DNA of 61,605 nucleotides from Perkinsus olseni (Eukaryota): NCBI GenBank assembly GCA_013115125.1, contig JABANN010000148.1, positions 1 to 61,605 of the forward strand, read 5' to 3'. Shown piece by piece: positions 35,329 to 48,750 of this stretch (position 1 is its first letter; each line of letters starts with the position of its first letter). The notes under the pieces were generated by a model. It saw only the letters and a program-made list of their open reading frames with translations, ran no database searches and was not told where the DNA came from. The position numbers and the translations under genes were made by a program.

Positions 35329-38300
35329 ATGATGATGAACCAACGATCGAAAGGCTGGCAATGCCCATCTTGTACTTTCTGTAATCCATCTGATGCACTC
35401 CTATGTAAGTGCTGCGAGAGAGAAGCCAATCCAGCGTACCTCGAGGCTGATACTCCTAGAAAGGTGACGAGGCAGGGTCCACGTCGCGGGGCGGTTGTCG
35501 GTAAAGGCTGCTTGGCTTGTTGTCAGGCTTCGCCGAGGCAGCAGGGTGTTCGATGGTACTGCGTAACTTGCGATAAATGGTACCCGGCTGGTGTGTCAAC
35601 CTGCGCCTCCTGCGGTAGTGGTCCTCCTAAGGAGAGGATAAGATGCCGAGGATGCAAGAGGATGCTCGAGTATTCCCTTGGCTGGCGCTCTTCCCTCTCC
35701 AGTAGCATCGCCCTCAGGTTCATAATAAGTCGCCCGCCTGCAATGCTGGTGGCCTGCCAAGCGTGTAAGGTTTTCACGCCGGTTAACGGGAAGCGATCGA
35801 AGGATGGGGTAGGAGGTGCCTGGAGTCACTCGGCGTTGACTGCTGGCCTCTGAGGTAATCGATCCGACGCGGCAAAGTATCCGGTCGGCCGATGATGCAG
35901 CGACAGTGGCGAGAGCAAGGCTTTCCTTCATTATAGAAACGTGGGTCAGCAGTCAGGGTCCAACTCGGGCTCACACCCGTGCTTCTGTGACAGGTGCCTC
36001 AATCTCAACCAGTCCTTCGTTGACGACGAGTTTCCCCCCAGCTCGCTCTCCTTGTTCAAGCATGGCCACCAAGGGGCGACCACAACAACCAACGTTCATA
36101 GCAGATGGGGCGAAGTAGCCAGCGGATCGCCCGGGGGTTGGGTAGAGGATGATGACGACCTCAGGTTGCTGCATTGCCTTGGCTGAGGCCCGGTCCGGGA
36201 TACACTCTCTTCGACCCTGCTACTGGTCCTGTGCCCGAGGATGTGCTTCAGGTATGGCATCCCGATGCGGTCGGCGAAACAACGTGTCGTTTTAGGGATC
36301 CCTGGGTGACTGCTGGATGTTGTCTGCACTGGCCGCCCTCTGTCAACAACGACCGAGTCTCGTCAAGGACCTCTTCCCCTATCAGGCAAGCTTCGCGGCA
36401 AGTCACGGCTAGCGACTCCGGTTCAACTCAGGACGGTACCGAGAGGTCAGCTGTTGCGGGTGTGTACATGGTTCGTCTGTGTGATTCCAACGGAGCCTGG
36501 AGGCTCGTAGTTGTGGACGACCATTTCTTATCTACTGCTCCAGGGCGTCGAGTATTTGCGGGCAAGGACTCCGGAGTACTCTGGGTGTCCCTTCTCGAGA
36601 AGGCCTACGCCAAGCTGAGCGGCTCTTACGAGGCGATAGAAGCAGGTGAGCCGGTCGTCAATTCCTATAGAGGCCACCGTTGGCCTCAGGAACGGCATCA
36701 GAGGGTCTGACCATGCTTACGGGATGGCCGTGTATATCGTATCATCTTCAACCCGGCAGGCCAGGGACCAACGAGGGACGCGAGGTCACTCAGGTGGACG
36801 ATGACGTTCTCTGGGGTATCCACGTCATACGGCTGCTACGACACCGGTATCGGAGATCGCCTGAGCAGGTTCGCTAGTCAGTCACGCCGGAGTTCACATT
36901 ATGTGTGCAAGCTGCGGGTTCGTGGACGGTGTGGGCAAGGAGGAGTACGAGGCAATGGGCCTGTTCAGCGAGCACTGCTACACCATACTCAAGGTTCAAC
37001 AGACCCGTCAATAGGTCGGCTTGCCTCCATTGAGCGTCTTCTCAGGTTGTAGCGCTCGACGGTTTGCGGTTACTCAAACTAAGGAACCCCTGGGGTAGGG
37101 GCTGCTAGTAGCTGTCTGCTTTTGGGTAGAGCCTACGCAGGTTCGAGAGTTTGGCGGGGACCATACGGCCCCTCATCGGATGAGTGGACGCCCGAACTTC
37201 AGAGTCAATTACAGTCGGCAACGCAGGAGCCTCCCACGGGACAGGGGATTTTTTGGATATCCTTGGCGGACCTCCGACGGTGGGTGCGGGATACCACACG
37301 CGGAACACTGAAGGGCATTTCTCAAGATACTTCTGCTCCGTGACTGTATGTCTCCACGAGGACTCATGGTCGGAGGCTCGTACCCCTACCATGCCCTTCC
37401 CTTCGGTGCTCTCGCATCCCGCTGTCCCTGCAGCAGAGATAAGTTCATTCGCCAACAGCCAGGCTAATTTAGCAGTATTTCAAGTGACGGCCTCTGCTAA
37501 GCGCGAACAGCTCGAGTGGTCTCATCTCTCAGAGTTCTGACAGAAGTGCCGACAACAGCGCCTTCCCGAACGATATCGGTATAGTTTTGTTTCGTCGACG
37601 GCCAGGTGCCAATTCGAATGTATTGGATTACGTGGCGAGCTCACCACGGTGAGCTACCTGCCCGTGGATGCGCAGCATCCACTTTTGCTCTCTTCAGGAG
37701 CACTCAGTCGACCGTGCAGCTCGACACTTGGCTGTATTCCCACACACAGGAAGAGACTAACGACGTGGAAACCCGCTTCCTTGCCGTCATTCTGACGTTC
37801 AACCACCGGGCTGGCTCAATCGCTCGACGTCGCCGAGAGTTCACACTCGGGGTCTTCAGTGCCAAACCAGTTATTGTTCGCGACCTCTGGGTAAGACTTT
37901 AAGCAGAGTTGAAAGTTCCGGTGGCGCTCTTAACTCAGATGGGTTTTGCGATGGAAAGGACCGCCCTGGCGGCCCACATAGCTGCTACAGGCAGTTGTCA
38001 AATAAATCATGGTTTTTACCTCTACACCACATACGACGCTGGGTACTCGGTCTACGTGGTCAACACATCCAAGTAACCTCATTCACTGCTCTTGCTCCCG
38101 TTCACTGTTCTGTTGTTTTCAGTCGTGCCGTCTACTTCGAAGCGACTGTAGCGAATGCCGTGAATTTATCAAGTTCTCGTGGATGGACATCTAACAGCGA
38201 TGGGTCGAATGTCGTCATCAACACACACGACCTCATTCTCCCTGGCCAGGCCATGATTGTAAGAAACACCAACTTCTGCGTGCCTCTCGAACGGTCTGTG

Positions 38301-38485
38301 TGCAGGTGCTCATCGTTAGTGATTGGGGAGGAGGTTTTCGCTATATGCATAACTACCGATACACCTTCATGCAGAGATGGTCTGCTAACCAAGTTTTTCA
38401 CACACCACCCATAGAAGAGGAAAGCATTCATCAACCGTTCGCATGCGGCCCGAACTCTTCTCAACCTCTCATACGTTACCTTTGA
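35329..38485 (+). CDS. Calpain-15/SOL-like cysteine protease with RanBP2-type zinc fingers, multi-exon
   Basis: WQCPSCTFCN..CKCCE; WYCVTC..CASCG; FVDDEFPP; catalytic QGSLGDCW, EHCYTIL and LRNPWG; LWVSLLEKAYAKLSGSYEAIEAG; SOL-like C-terminus. Confidence 0.92.
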
Positions 38486-38855
38486 CCTTTACACTGGATC
38501 TTACTACTGTTTCTGGCAATTTATTTCGTTGTGTTGTGTATCATTTTATGCGGAGCACATCTTGTTGTGTGCAGAGTAAATAAGCGCATCGTAGGGAGAG
38601 TTAGGATATCCTGTTTTTTTCTTCTTCGGGAGGCGCCCGGTTAGTGACTAGGTTTATCTATATATATACTGGTAGATAGCGAACAGGTTGTTCGTAACGG
38701 CGAATGTCACCAATCTGGCCCGCGATGGTCTTGCCAGCAGATTGTGCTGCCACAGCACATCTGCTGGCCAAACCATCTGCCTCTTCCCACCCTCCCGAAA
38801 AGAATGCGACTTATTACTCCACAACCAACACAAGCAGGCGTGAAGTCAGAAATGA

Positions 38856-39983
38856 TCATGCTCCTGTCTTCGTGAGTTTATCGTCAGCTTGATTATCAGA
38901 AGTGTTAAGTTCCGGAGAAAGTCGAACCAGGAATTCCAGACCGTTCACTCGGTCCCCGAGCCCAAGAGTGCAACCTGAGGGAAGATCAGGAATACGCAAC
39001 CAACTGCAGCGCACCCACCTTGCAAGAGAGTTTGGGACGACTTAGATGGTAGACGCTTATGATTTACGAAGCTGACAAGGATGCCTCCAACGGAATGTCC
39101 TGGAGGGGTACTCACGTGCCGTTTATCCCACCACCATCGGTTGCGATCAAGTGATTGCCCTCGATAGAGAGACCGCAGTGATTTCGGCTGACTAACTCCG
39201 ACTTATACGCGGAGTCGATGCACAAGTTGCAATTCCGATGGCGGCCAATCCGGTAGGATCCTTCGACCGGTCCTGGCTGAACCACGAAGTGATACCGAAA
39301 GCTTTCGTATGCGGGATACGCTACATGAATGAAGCTGGTATCGTCCCGATGGGAAGGGGTACGGACGTTCGAGCTCAGACCGTATAGATGAAACACGCAG
39401 CCCTTCGGACACGGGAACTCAGTGTCGTCAGTCTCAGTATCGACTAACCTGAGGAACATCTTTTCAGTATAGAGGCCACAACATCGGATAACTCACCTCA
39501 CTGCATTCACATTTCCTGCAACGTCCACAATCGCGACCATCGTGTTTTCTGCTTTCCAAACCTCTACAAGATCCGGAGAGAGTTCTCGAGTGACTGTAAG
39601 GAGAACATAAGCCGCCTTCACTCGAGCCAGACCCTCACCTGCTATCTCGTTATCATTCTGCCATGCTCGAGCCATCCATCTCTCGCCACCGTCGGCGCCT
39701 GGCTCGATGCAGACGCTCAGTTTAAAAACATCGCCCGAGACAAACTTCCGCTGAAAACAGCAGAGCCGTGCGAACGGGATAACCCGGAAGAGTGATACTG
39801 GACGAAGAAGGCCTGCAGGTATCTTTTCTGACGGCGGCTCTCCCTCGAACTGCCCTGGTATGTCGTACACTACGGGTAGCTCATACCTAACGCAACGATC
39901 AGGTATCAGAGGGAGGGGCCAGCCGCCTACCCGCAGACGAATGCCGGGCCTCGGAGGTCACTAGCATTATCGATGTAGGTCAT
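38856..39983 (-). CDS. Protein with C-terminal FHA domain, multi-exon
   Basis: YRIGRHRNCNLCID..VSRNHCGL..ATDGGGINGT..FVN..L..G..LGLG. Stop TGA at 38856. Confidence 0.8.
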
Positions 39984-41255
39984 GTCAACACGACGCTTAG
40001 GCAGGGACTTCGAGGAGCACAGTCCGAGGGCCATGCAGCTCTTCGGCCCACACTTTATCGTGGAAAGCACTCTCACCTATAAGCTCGAAATCTCTCTACT
40101 CCGCCTGTACATGCTACCCACCGCTATCCTAGTCGGTTTATTTCTAGTCGGCAGCGGTGTGCGGACGAACGTGACTGCTTGCTTGAGACCCTCGTACCGG
40201 ACTGTTGTGCGCATGTCCGGGGAGAGCCTCAGCGATGGACTAATACGAGGATGAGTGACGCATGATGTTACATGGCCTGAACCAACCTCAGGAAACCCTG
40301 CGCGAAGACGCCCTCGGTGGCTGCCTCCAGCGGTGGACAGAGATCAGGAACTGAAGTTACGGGTTAGATCGGCAGTCGTGGGCTCCAAGGAAGCTGACCT
40401 TGTTGGATCTTCGGAGCCTCCTGAGCTGCAGGGGGGCTATGCGGTACTAACGAAACCCCTCTTACGTTTCCGGACAGGTCGACCAGACCATACGGATGGG
40501 GGTGCTCCGACACCTACGACATGGACAAGTTGGCGATGGAGTGGTATGGTACTTTACTCTGATGCTCGTGAGATATGGGGAGATGCGCCGCTGTCCTTCA
40601 CTCTCGACCATCAACACCCACCACTGGCCTTCCGCACCACCCTGCCACGCCCGGAGCGTCAGCTTAGACCCCTCCTTCAACATAGTCTAACAAGGACATG
40701 TTGGGGGACTTCAGATGACCGATGGAGTCACCCTCGGGCGCCAGAGTCTGCTATCGAGCTTATGCATGGACACATCCTTGCCTACCTTCACCTTTGGTAA
40801 ATCATAACCTATGAGTACCTTCCAGAGCGCAGTGTGCATAGGAGCAACCCGCCATCAGTGGCCCACAGGATTCACTAAATTCTCCGGCCTGCTATAAAGG
40901 GCTTTATCCCATCGCTGAGGCACGTCCGGAAGCATTCCAATAGCCATGGTATTCCCTATACCCGATGCCATCGACTCGATCTCTGAAGCATCACATGACG
41001 AGAGAAGGGAGCAGATCGCTGTGGCCTCCTACTGACAGTAAAAGCCCATCCCGTTTGGTCACGAGATTCGGGCACTTCCACCACCAAAGTCCCACCGGAT
41101 ATGCCGCCAGCGGTCCTCATGGCTGTCGTAGGAGGGCTACCACTCAGTCTTACACGATCACCGACGCAGCGGGGCACCTGCCCGAGAGGCCACGAACTCT
41201 CATTAAACAGCGGAGCCCTACGAATCTGGGGCCTGCGTCGTGGTCTTCTCCATGA
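39982..41255 (+). CDS. Hypothetical protein, possibly secreted or membrane-anchored
   Basis: Hydrophobic MLPTAILVGLFLVGSG segment and a 181-aa ORF at 40255..40800. No family recognised; both ends uncertain. Confidence 0.35.
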
Positions 41256-44200
41256 TGACGACGGTGTCGACCTCTAATAGACCTCGTGTGACCTGAGGCT
41301 AGTGAAGGTTCGCCGTCGCTGCCAGGGCGATGGCAACAACTACTTTTCGTGGACTCCGAGGGGCTTCGTACTGCTGTATGACCTGCAGGAGCAGCTGCTC
41401 CTCCCGCTCCTGCCGTTCTGTCATTGAGCATTGTTGAGCTGTCTTCAGCCTGTACTTGCGTACAGGCAATCACTGGACCGTCCGAGTGGGTAAATGGCGC
41501 TGCCTCATCCCGCTGCCCTGTAGCAGCAAGTATGAAGTCTCAAAAGCACCAACAAACCCTACTGAAGACCTTCCCTCTCGACCCCCGACGCCGTTTGGCT
41601 ACACTCGTCGCTACTTCAGCTCCACGGCCTGAGACCAGCGGGCTTGCTGACGATGGTGGTGGGAGTGCCCTACCCCCTGATGATGATGATGAACGGATAA
41701 TGTCGACGATGTTGGAGTGCTCGACATTCTCGTCTGCTTCATTCTCGCTCTCCATCACAACAGTGTCATCTAGATCATTGTTCTCGTCAGAGCAATCCAT
41801 TTGTATACACAACTGTTAACGAGGCTTCCGTCAGCAGTGCTGCTACAAGACTGGGATTTGGCCAAGGAGTGGTATGGGATTCATGAGATAGTATGGATGA
41901 CCGTGTAACACGACACACCTGCAGCATAGGAGTTCCTGTTACTGTTATGTAGCCACTCAATCGTATAAACGGGGGTGTATAAAAGCTATGGCAGAAATTA
42001 AAGTCAACAATCACTGAGACGGCCCCTTCTCCTGTTCTAGTAGAAGTCGCATCTCATCGGCCAACGTACGATCACCATTGCCGTTGATGGAGAATAGGTA
42101 TAGTGCCTTCACCAATTTCCGACTGGCAACAGAACGCCCTGAGAATGAGCCAACTAACGACAGTGCCACTACTGTCGGCGGTCAGGAAGTCCCCCCCCTT
42201 ACCACCTGTTGGCGATGACTTCGAGCATCGCCGTAGTTCCATGTTCGAGAGATTCGCCAGTGCTGCTCGTAGTGCACCGGTAACTCGCTTGTTACCTCCT
42301 GCCACGCTCTCGGCATCAGCCAGACACTCAGCCATGCTAACGTATCTAAGGTTGATCATGGCATCGAGCAGAGCGAGAGGCCGAGGTGGCAACTGACCCG
42401 TCAAGGAACTGGGCTAGCTGGGCCCTTACAACGACGCCCTCCACGAAGGCATCCGGCTCTTCGTCAACATGCTTTGATAACCATTGGTAAGCCGCCTCAG
42501 ATCGCCGTGATATTATCTGACCAACAAGTAGCTGCTTGAGAAAAGGAAACCGACCAACCAACCGTGATGGCTGCATCGCTCCGCTTGCCAGTATCCGATG
42601 CCAGCTTGAGTATCTCCGCCAGCTTAACATGAGCTCGACCGGCATCCACCAAAGCCGTACACCGGGCTAATAGGTTCGCTGCCTCTAAGGAATACCAACT
42701 TTCGCACACATCACAACAGCCAGGGCCTCCTGACCATCGTTCGCATCCTTCGCAGTCCATGCCTTGCCAGCAAACACCAGCGCCTCGGATAGCATAGTCG
42801 AAGCTAAAGTACCGATCGACTGGCTCTTCACCTTGGTCAGGAAGTCGCCACTTGGCTGCCAGATTACGTCGTGCTCCATAGCTACCCTGACTGGTGTCGA
42901 ATAGTCACCTAAGCGGAGGACGTCAACCGTCCAACAGAGGGCAGGTCCGTACTACCCTCCTCAGTCAGATTATCGGCATTCATGAATGCAGTCGCGAGGT
43001 GCCGTCCAAGCTGTTGGGCCTGCTCAGCAGCAGTGGCGTAGATGTCACGCTTGCTGAACGCCGAATCAGCCTCTCTATTCGCCGAGGCCGACCTGAGGGC
43101 AACTGATGTCGTCAAAAAATACCACGGTGTAAGCAGCAGTACTTGGCAGCACGCTCGAGGTGGCTTATCGCTCTGTAAGTGCACTGGTATCTCTCAACAG
43201 AATCTTCTCCCGCTTTCGAAGCATTGGCTAGAGCCAACCAAAGCCTGAGAGGAAGATCAAGCCATTCCGCTGCTCGACAGCCGCTACCTACCTTGCCAAG
43301 TTGACGAGTGGAACCATGACATTGAGTTTGTCTCCAGCGGACACAAACTCATTGTATGATTCACAGAAGGCATCCACAGCAGATGCCACCACGGCATCGG
43401 CATCATGATCGGGGTCCACTGTGCCGGACCTCAGGAGCTCCGTGAGCTGGCCGAGATGTATGCAGCCGAGCTCATTGATGGTGCTGGCTAGCTGGGCACG
43501 TCCACTGCGTCGGAAGTCATCAGTACGCCTGACGAGGCACCAACCTCGCTGCTTCGACCTAGCAGCATCTCGAGGCAGCTCACTTCTGTCGCCGCTTATG
43601 CTCTCGCTGAGGTGCGTTTGCTGTCTCCAGGGCTCGAGTTAGGTACTGGGCTGTCAGTCGGAGAAAGCCGGCAGGCGTGCCGTCGCCGGTCAACTCCTTC
43701 CGCCGTTTGTCACTCACCAGAGAGTGCCTTGCAAATGACGTCACAGCCGAAAGCGCGGGGTGATTCCGACCTCACCTAATCCAGTCTTTTCTGAGCCCTG
43801 CGGCTTCGAGCGTGCCGTCTATGAGCGCCTCAGTACCAGACAGTAGCTCCGCACAGACCTCGCCGCTCATCCCTTGCTGCACGGGTGCCTCTCCGAGAAC
43901 TTCCAGATCATTTTCTACTATCTCGAGAGCAACGCCGCTCGGCATCTAGACGTGAATGAGGTCATCCCGACAATTTCGTGGCGCGTGACTACTTGAGAAA
44001 TCTGTTGGGGAGATATCCCACAGTTGGCCATACTGTGCAGTCTGTGGGCCATAACACGACACAAGTCTCGCTCGACATTCCAGCACTCCACCGCCCTCCT
44101 CTGTGCATCCACTTTCATCAGAGATACCTGATGACGCAATGTTGCCTGCGCCGCCTCGGACGGCTGTAGTACCTCTGCCGCCGCCAGCCATTGCATCAGC

Positions 44201-46115
44201 CACAATTGCCAGGCTATCGAATGACGGAGACGCTCATCGGAGCGATGGGAGTTGGCGGTCTCTCCAGCAGCCGTTAGTCGACACCTGAGGTTGCCTTGTC
44301 CAACTGCAGCAGGCACAGGTTGTGTAGTACCAATTCTGGTAGAGCCGTACCATGACCTCCTCGACAGCACGGACTGCCGTGAAGGCGAAGGAGACATACA
44401 GCTGAACGCCCAAGTGCGGTGCCCCACCCCTGGAGGTATCTTGACGATAGGTACTGCTGGTGGAACTGATCGTGGACAGATGATGTTCCAATGATTGCTA
44501 TTGTGCAGTAGTACCCTTGATGAAAGGCCGCAAGGGCCTGCATGAGGAGGTGGCAGCAGCGTACTAGGCCGACATGGGAGTCCATCTCATCAGCTACTGA
44601 TGATAGTTGCATGCATATCACCGAGTAGAGCTCTGGGTAATCAGCCTGATTGGTGTAGGAGGGAATGATGGTGGACATTGCGCTGCTCCAACTATTACCC
44701 TTTGAGGATGTATCAATGTGAGGCCCTTCCACAGAACGTCCAGCCTACTCTCAGCCAGAGCTGACGGCATCCTCGAGGCCAAGGTGACACAGAGCTCCGC
44801 CAAAGGGCGGCTAAGCATGGAGGAGCTCGGGGATACTCCCTTGTCCGGCAGCTGATCTCCGAAGGGCTTGCTAGTGGTATCATACAGCACACATGCGTTA
44901 GTGTCCCTATAGAGGTAGTAGGTCCCTCCTTGCCGAGTGCAGTGGCGTTTAAGGAAGTGCAATAATCGTTCTGCCTGGTCTATGATCTGGTCAGGGTCGA
45001 ACGTGCCGTCCCCAGATTCCTCTTCCTCGGCCAGGTCAGCTGTGTCACACAGGCTCACTCGCTTCCCTCGGCACCAAGCGACCTTACCGACGCTAAGTAG
45101 GTTGTTCTCGACCCAGGCATCTCGCCGGAGGTTCTTAGGGACCCTAGTACCACCAGGGGGCACCAACTTCAACGATGCCATCGAGGAGAGGGAGTCTAGG
45201 GAATCCAGAGGGCCGGCTCCACGACGATCGATAGGGAATACCACCATATCACATCCCAGTAGTATCCTATACCCTCCTAGAGTCCACTGGACAGTACGAC
45301 CAAACCTGGAGGGTGGAGCACTGAGGCGAGGTACTGCCAGTTGGAACATGGTCCTGGGGTCCCGGACGGGGCGGTCCTCCAAGGCGAGCAAGTCCCGTAT
45401 TTGAGGATTGCCCTCCATCACTGGCTTCACTGACAGTGGCTTCTGATTGCCCGAGTCTTCCTCCTCCTTATTGTCACTACCGGGTGGCCCTCCTTGCCGT
45501 GGTGGCGCGCTCCTAGTCCTCCCGACCAAAGCACTATATGCCTCCTCGCCCTGCTCCTCGTCGACATCAGTAAAGTGGAGGAACGTCCGCTTTACCGTGG
45601 CCTTGAGGCCAAGCTCCTCTGGTGTACTGTCTGTGAGGGGGCTCGGCACCACAGGGGATGCCCTTGGGGAACACTGCTCAGCGGGGCATAGAGTAACGAA
45701 GCCATCCCTATCAGGTGCCCCTACTGGTCCAGAGGAGGAGTCCAGCACTAGACATGACCTGAAGGACAGCTGAACCCAGCGAGAACGCGTGTAGTAGTAC
45801 CCTATCCTATGCACTGTCAGGGGGGTATCACACCCTTCTGTTGCTGTGGCCATCGCTACAAGATTGGTAACATCCCTCAGCTGTCCTGCGAAGTCTGGCA
45901 GACCAAACAGGCTGTCCGCATTCTGGGTGGCCGAACTGGCATGCCTGAAGAAGAAACCGCCATGTGACAATCACACCACGATAGATACTGTGGGCAACAA
46001 CAGCCTCGAAAGAGCACTGAAGCTGATTGGCAGCTCTTTCCAGACAATTTCCTGCATTACCCCGGCATATTCTTTCTAGCGTACTCCTCACTAGCTTTGA
46101 CGTCATCCTGTTCAT
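41150..46115 (-). CDS. EDRF1: Erythroid differentiation-related factor 1 homologue
   Basis: LTVHRIG; FGRTVQWTLGGYRILLGCDMVVF; DAWVENNLLSVGKVAWC; FDPDQIIDQAERLLHFLKRHCTRQGGTYYLY match the EDRF1 N-terminal domain; long helical C-terminal part. 3' end approximate. Confidence 0.8.
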
Positions 46116-46515
46116 CGAGCCTGTCCTGTCCTACGAGAAAGGTCGCCAATGGGACGAGAGGGTGAGGCTGTGAGAAGAGGGAGAATCCGCTGTCTTGCTG
46201 CTCCTTCTGATCAACCATTTACACCAATCACGCTTCGAGTTTTCCGCTCCTACCACCCTTGCAAGACTGAATCAACTCAACAGAGAGACGATCAATGAAA
46301 CTACAAAAGGGAAACTTGATGTTGCATTCGTGAGTGTATGTTTCGACTAATGTAATTCCTCTATGTCCACTCGTAGTAAATCACCTAACCTCAATTAAAA
46401 GGATAACGAGATTACTACGACTAAGAAGAAGAAAACGACAGATAGAAATAAGAATGACCTTGTGTACGGCGGCCGATCTAGAACAACAAATCTACCTTAT
46501 CACTACGAGCTGAGT

Positions 46516-47502
46516 TTAATGAGCGGCGGCCTTCTCCCCTCTGGCAACACCGCAAGCCCACGGGCAAGCGAATGCCGCACTAATGGAGGCCATACCGTTA
46601 TTGAAGTTGTCCCAAGTGAAAAGTGCGGCCACCTTGGTACAGACGAAAGTAGCAGCCTTTACGATAGCATCCTTAGCGAGGTTCAAGTACTCATAAGCCT
46701 TCACAGAGACGGTCTTGTACATCTCCTGAATCTCATGTTTCCTCTCAGGAGTGAACACCTTATTGTAGGTATCAACGACCTTACCCTTGAGGCACAATGA
46801 GTACTCCTTAGCCTTAGTGAACGTGAAGCGGGCAGCACTCTCGAACCACTCCCAACAACCGATAGCATGAGCCTTCAAAGATTGCCACATTCCAGGGGCT
46901 TTCTCTTTCAGCTCGCTGTACTTGGCGGCAGAGGCTCTCGTCTTGAAGCAAGACCAAGCAGAGGCACAGAGCTCCTTGGCGCCAGACCAGAGGAAACAGG
47001 ACCAGAACTCCCACACTTCAGACGTGTACTCCTTGCAAGGCTCAATTACGTAGTAGTCAGCACGGGTATACACACGAGAACACACAGTACCGGCCAGACC
47101 TAGAGCGCGAGCAAGCTCACTCTGATGCTCAGCGGCGGTAGTGGTAATAGAAGGCTTCTGCTCCTCAGGAGCCTTGTCCTTGCTAGAGCACGAGGGACTT
47201 GTAGTAGTAGCAGCGGACTCCTCCTCAGAGTGGGTCATATCAGCAGGCTCATCAAGAGGGGGGAGCATACTGTCCACTAAGACCTCGGTCCTATCAAGGA
47301 AACTGTCGAAGGCAGCAGACATGTAGTCACTAGCACTGGTAGCAGCGGCGGAGATCTTCTGACCAGTGGGAGTCTTCTTGAAATCATCGACGCGTTCTTG
47401 AACCTTGCTGCTCGCCTTTTCGAACTTCGCGCTCACGGACTGCGTCATCTCGGGCGTCAGGATTGGGAAGGGAGGGACGGCGACGAATGCATAGGAAATC
47501 AT
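46516..47502 (-). CDS. Amphipathic helical protein, perilipin/PAT-like (candidate lipid-droplet protein)
   Basis: Uninterrupted 328-aa ORF. FLDRTEVLVDSMLPP and ARALGLAGTVCSRVYTRA resemble perilipin four-helix-bundle motifs (L.KSEELVD.YLP; RLGSLS.KLR.RAY..A). Confidence 0.55.
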   Translation of the reverse strand: MISYAFVAVPPFPILTPEMTQSVSAKFEKASSKVQERVDDFKKTPTGQKISAAATSASDYMSAAFDSFLDRTEVLVDSMLPPLDEPADMTHSEEESAATTTSPSCSSKDKAPEEQKPSITTTAAEHQSELARALGLAGTVCSRVYTRADYYVIEPCKEYTSEVWEFWSCFLWSGAKELCASAWSCFKTRASAAKYSELKEKAPGMWQSLKAHAIGCWEWFESAARFTFTKAKEYSLCLKGKVVDTYNKVFTPERKHEIQEMYKTVSVKAYEYLNLAKDAIVKAATFVCTKVAALFTWDNFNNGMASISAAFACPWACGVARGEKAAAH

Positions 47503-48317
47503 CTTTACGACTTATACCAAACTTCAACTGAGCAATACGGCAGATTACTTTCGGGTCGGATAACAGCCGCTTTGAACAACAGCTGAACCACTGCGATACG
47601 AGCTAGCCATAAAAGGCAGTACAGGCAACAACTCATCGAGGCGATACGATACCACGGAATTATGATCAGAATGGAACGATTCCTAGGGAAAATACGGAAT
47701 AGAATACAGTTGCGCAAGGTGCCAACCTAGCCTTGATGGGCCGCACAACTGTCCCGACACAATGCTGTCCCCGTATCTGGAAAGAGGCTGCCGATAAAGG
47801 CGGATGATATCCATCCAAAACACAATAACAGCTCCTTAGTGGCGATCAGAAACGTATGTCATGAACTCAATATCCTGACCCTGCAGGGAAGGCGATAAAA
47901 GAACCGTGGTGCAGCCCGACCTCGAATTCAAGATACTCGTAAACCACTTAGGTCAGTAGAACCCATGAGTATGCTAGAGTATCATCTCTTCTGACGAGCA
48001 AGCGCTGCGCCATATTGATCATGACGCGTTCGTCTTCGAAGTGCAAGAAAATTGCAAGAAAATCCTGGGCCTTCGTGCCGTTGCTCGCTCGCCCTTGATG
48101 AAACTGTAGGCTGCGACCCACGGCTGGTCGCGTACATGATATGACAGTGAGTAGGATTAGGACCCCTCCTTAGGCGGTAGGCATGTGTACTCAATATGAG
48201 GGTGCGGGGGAGTCTCGCTAGCACGAAGAATGGGCTGTATATGATGTTGGGCGGGTGTGATCGATCGACGCTATTTTGGTGCGATTCAGACTCCTTTCTA
48301 AACACCCTTCAGTAATC

Positions 48318-48750
<433 letters not shown>

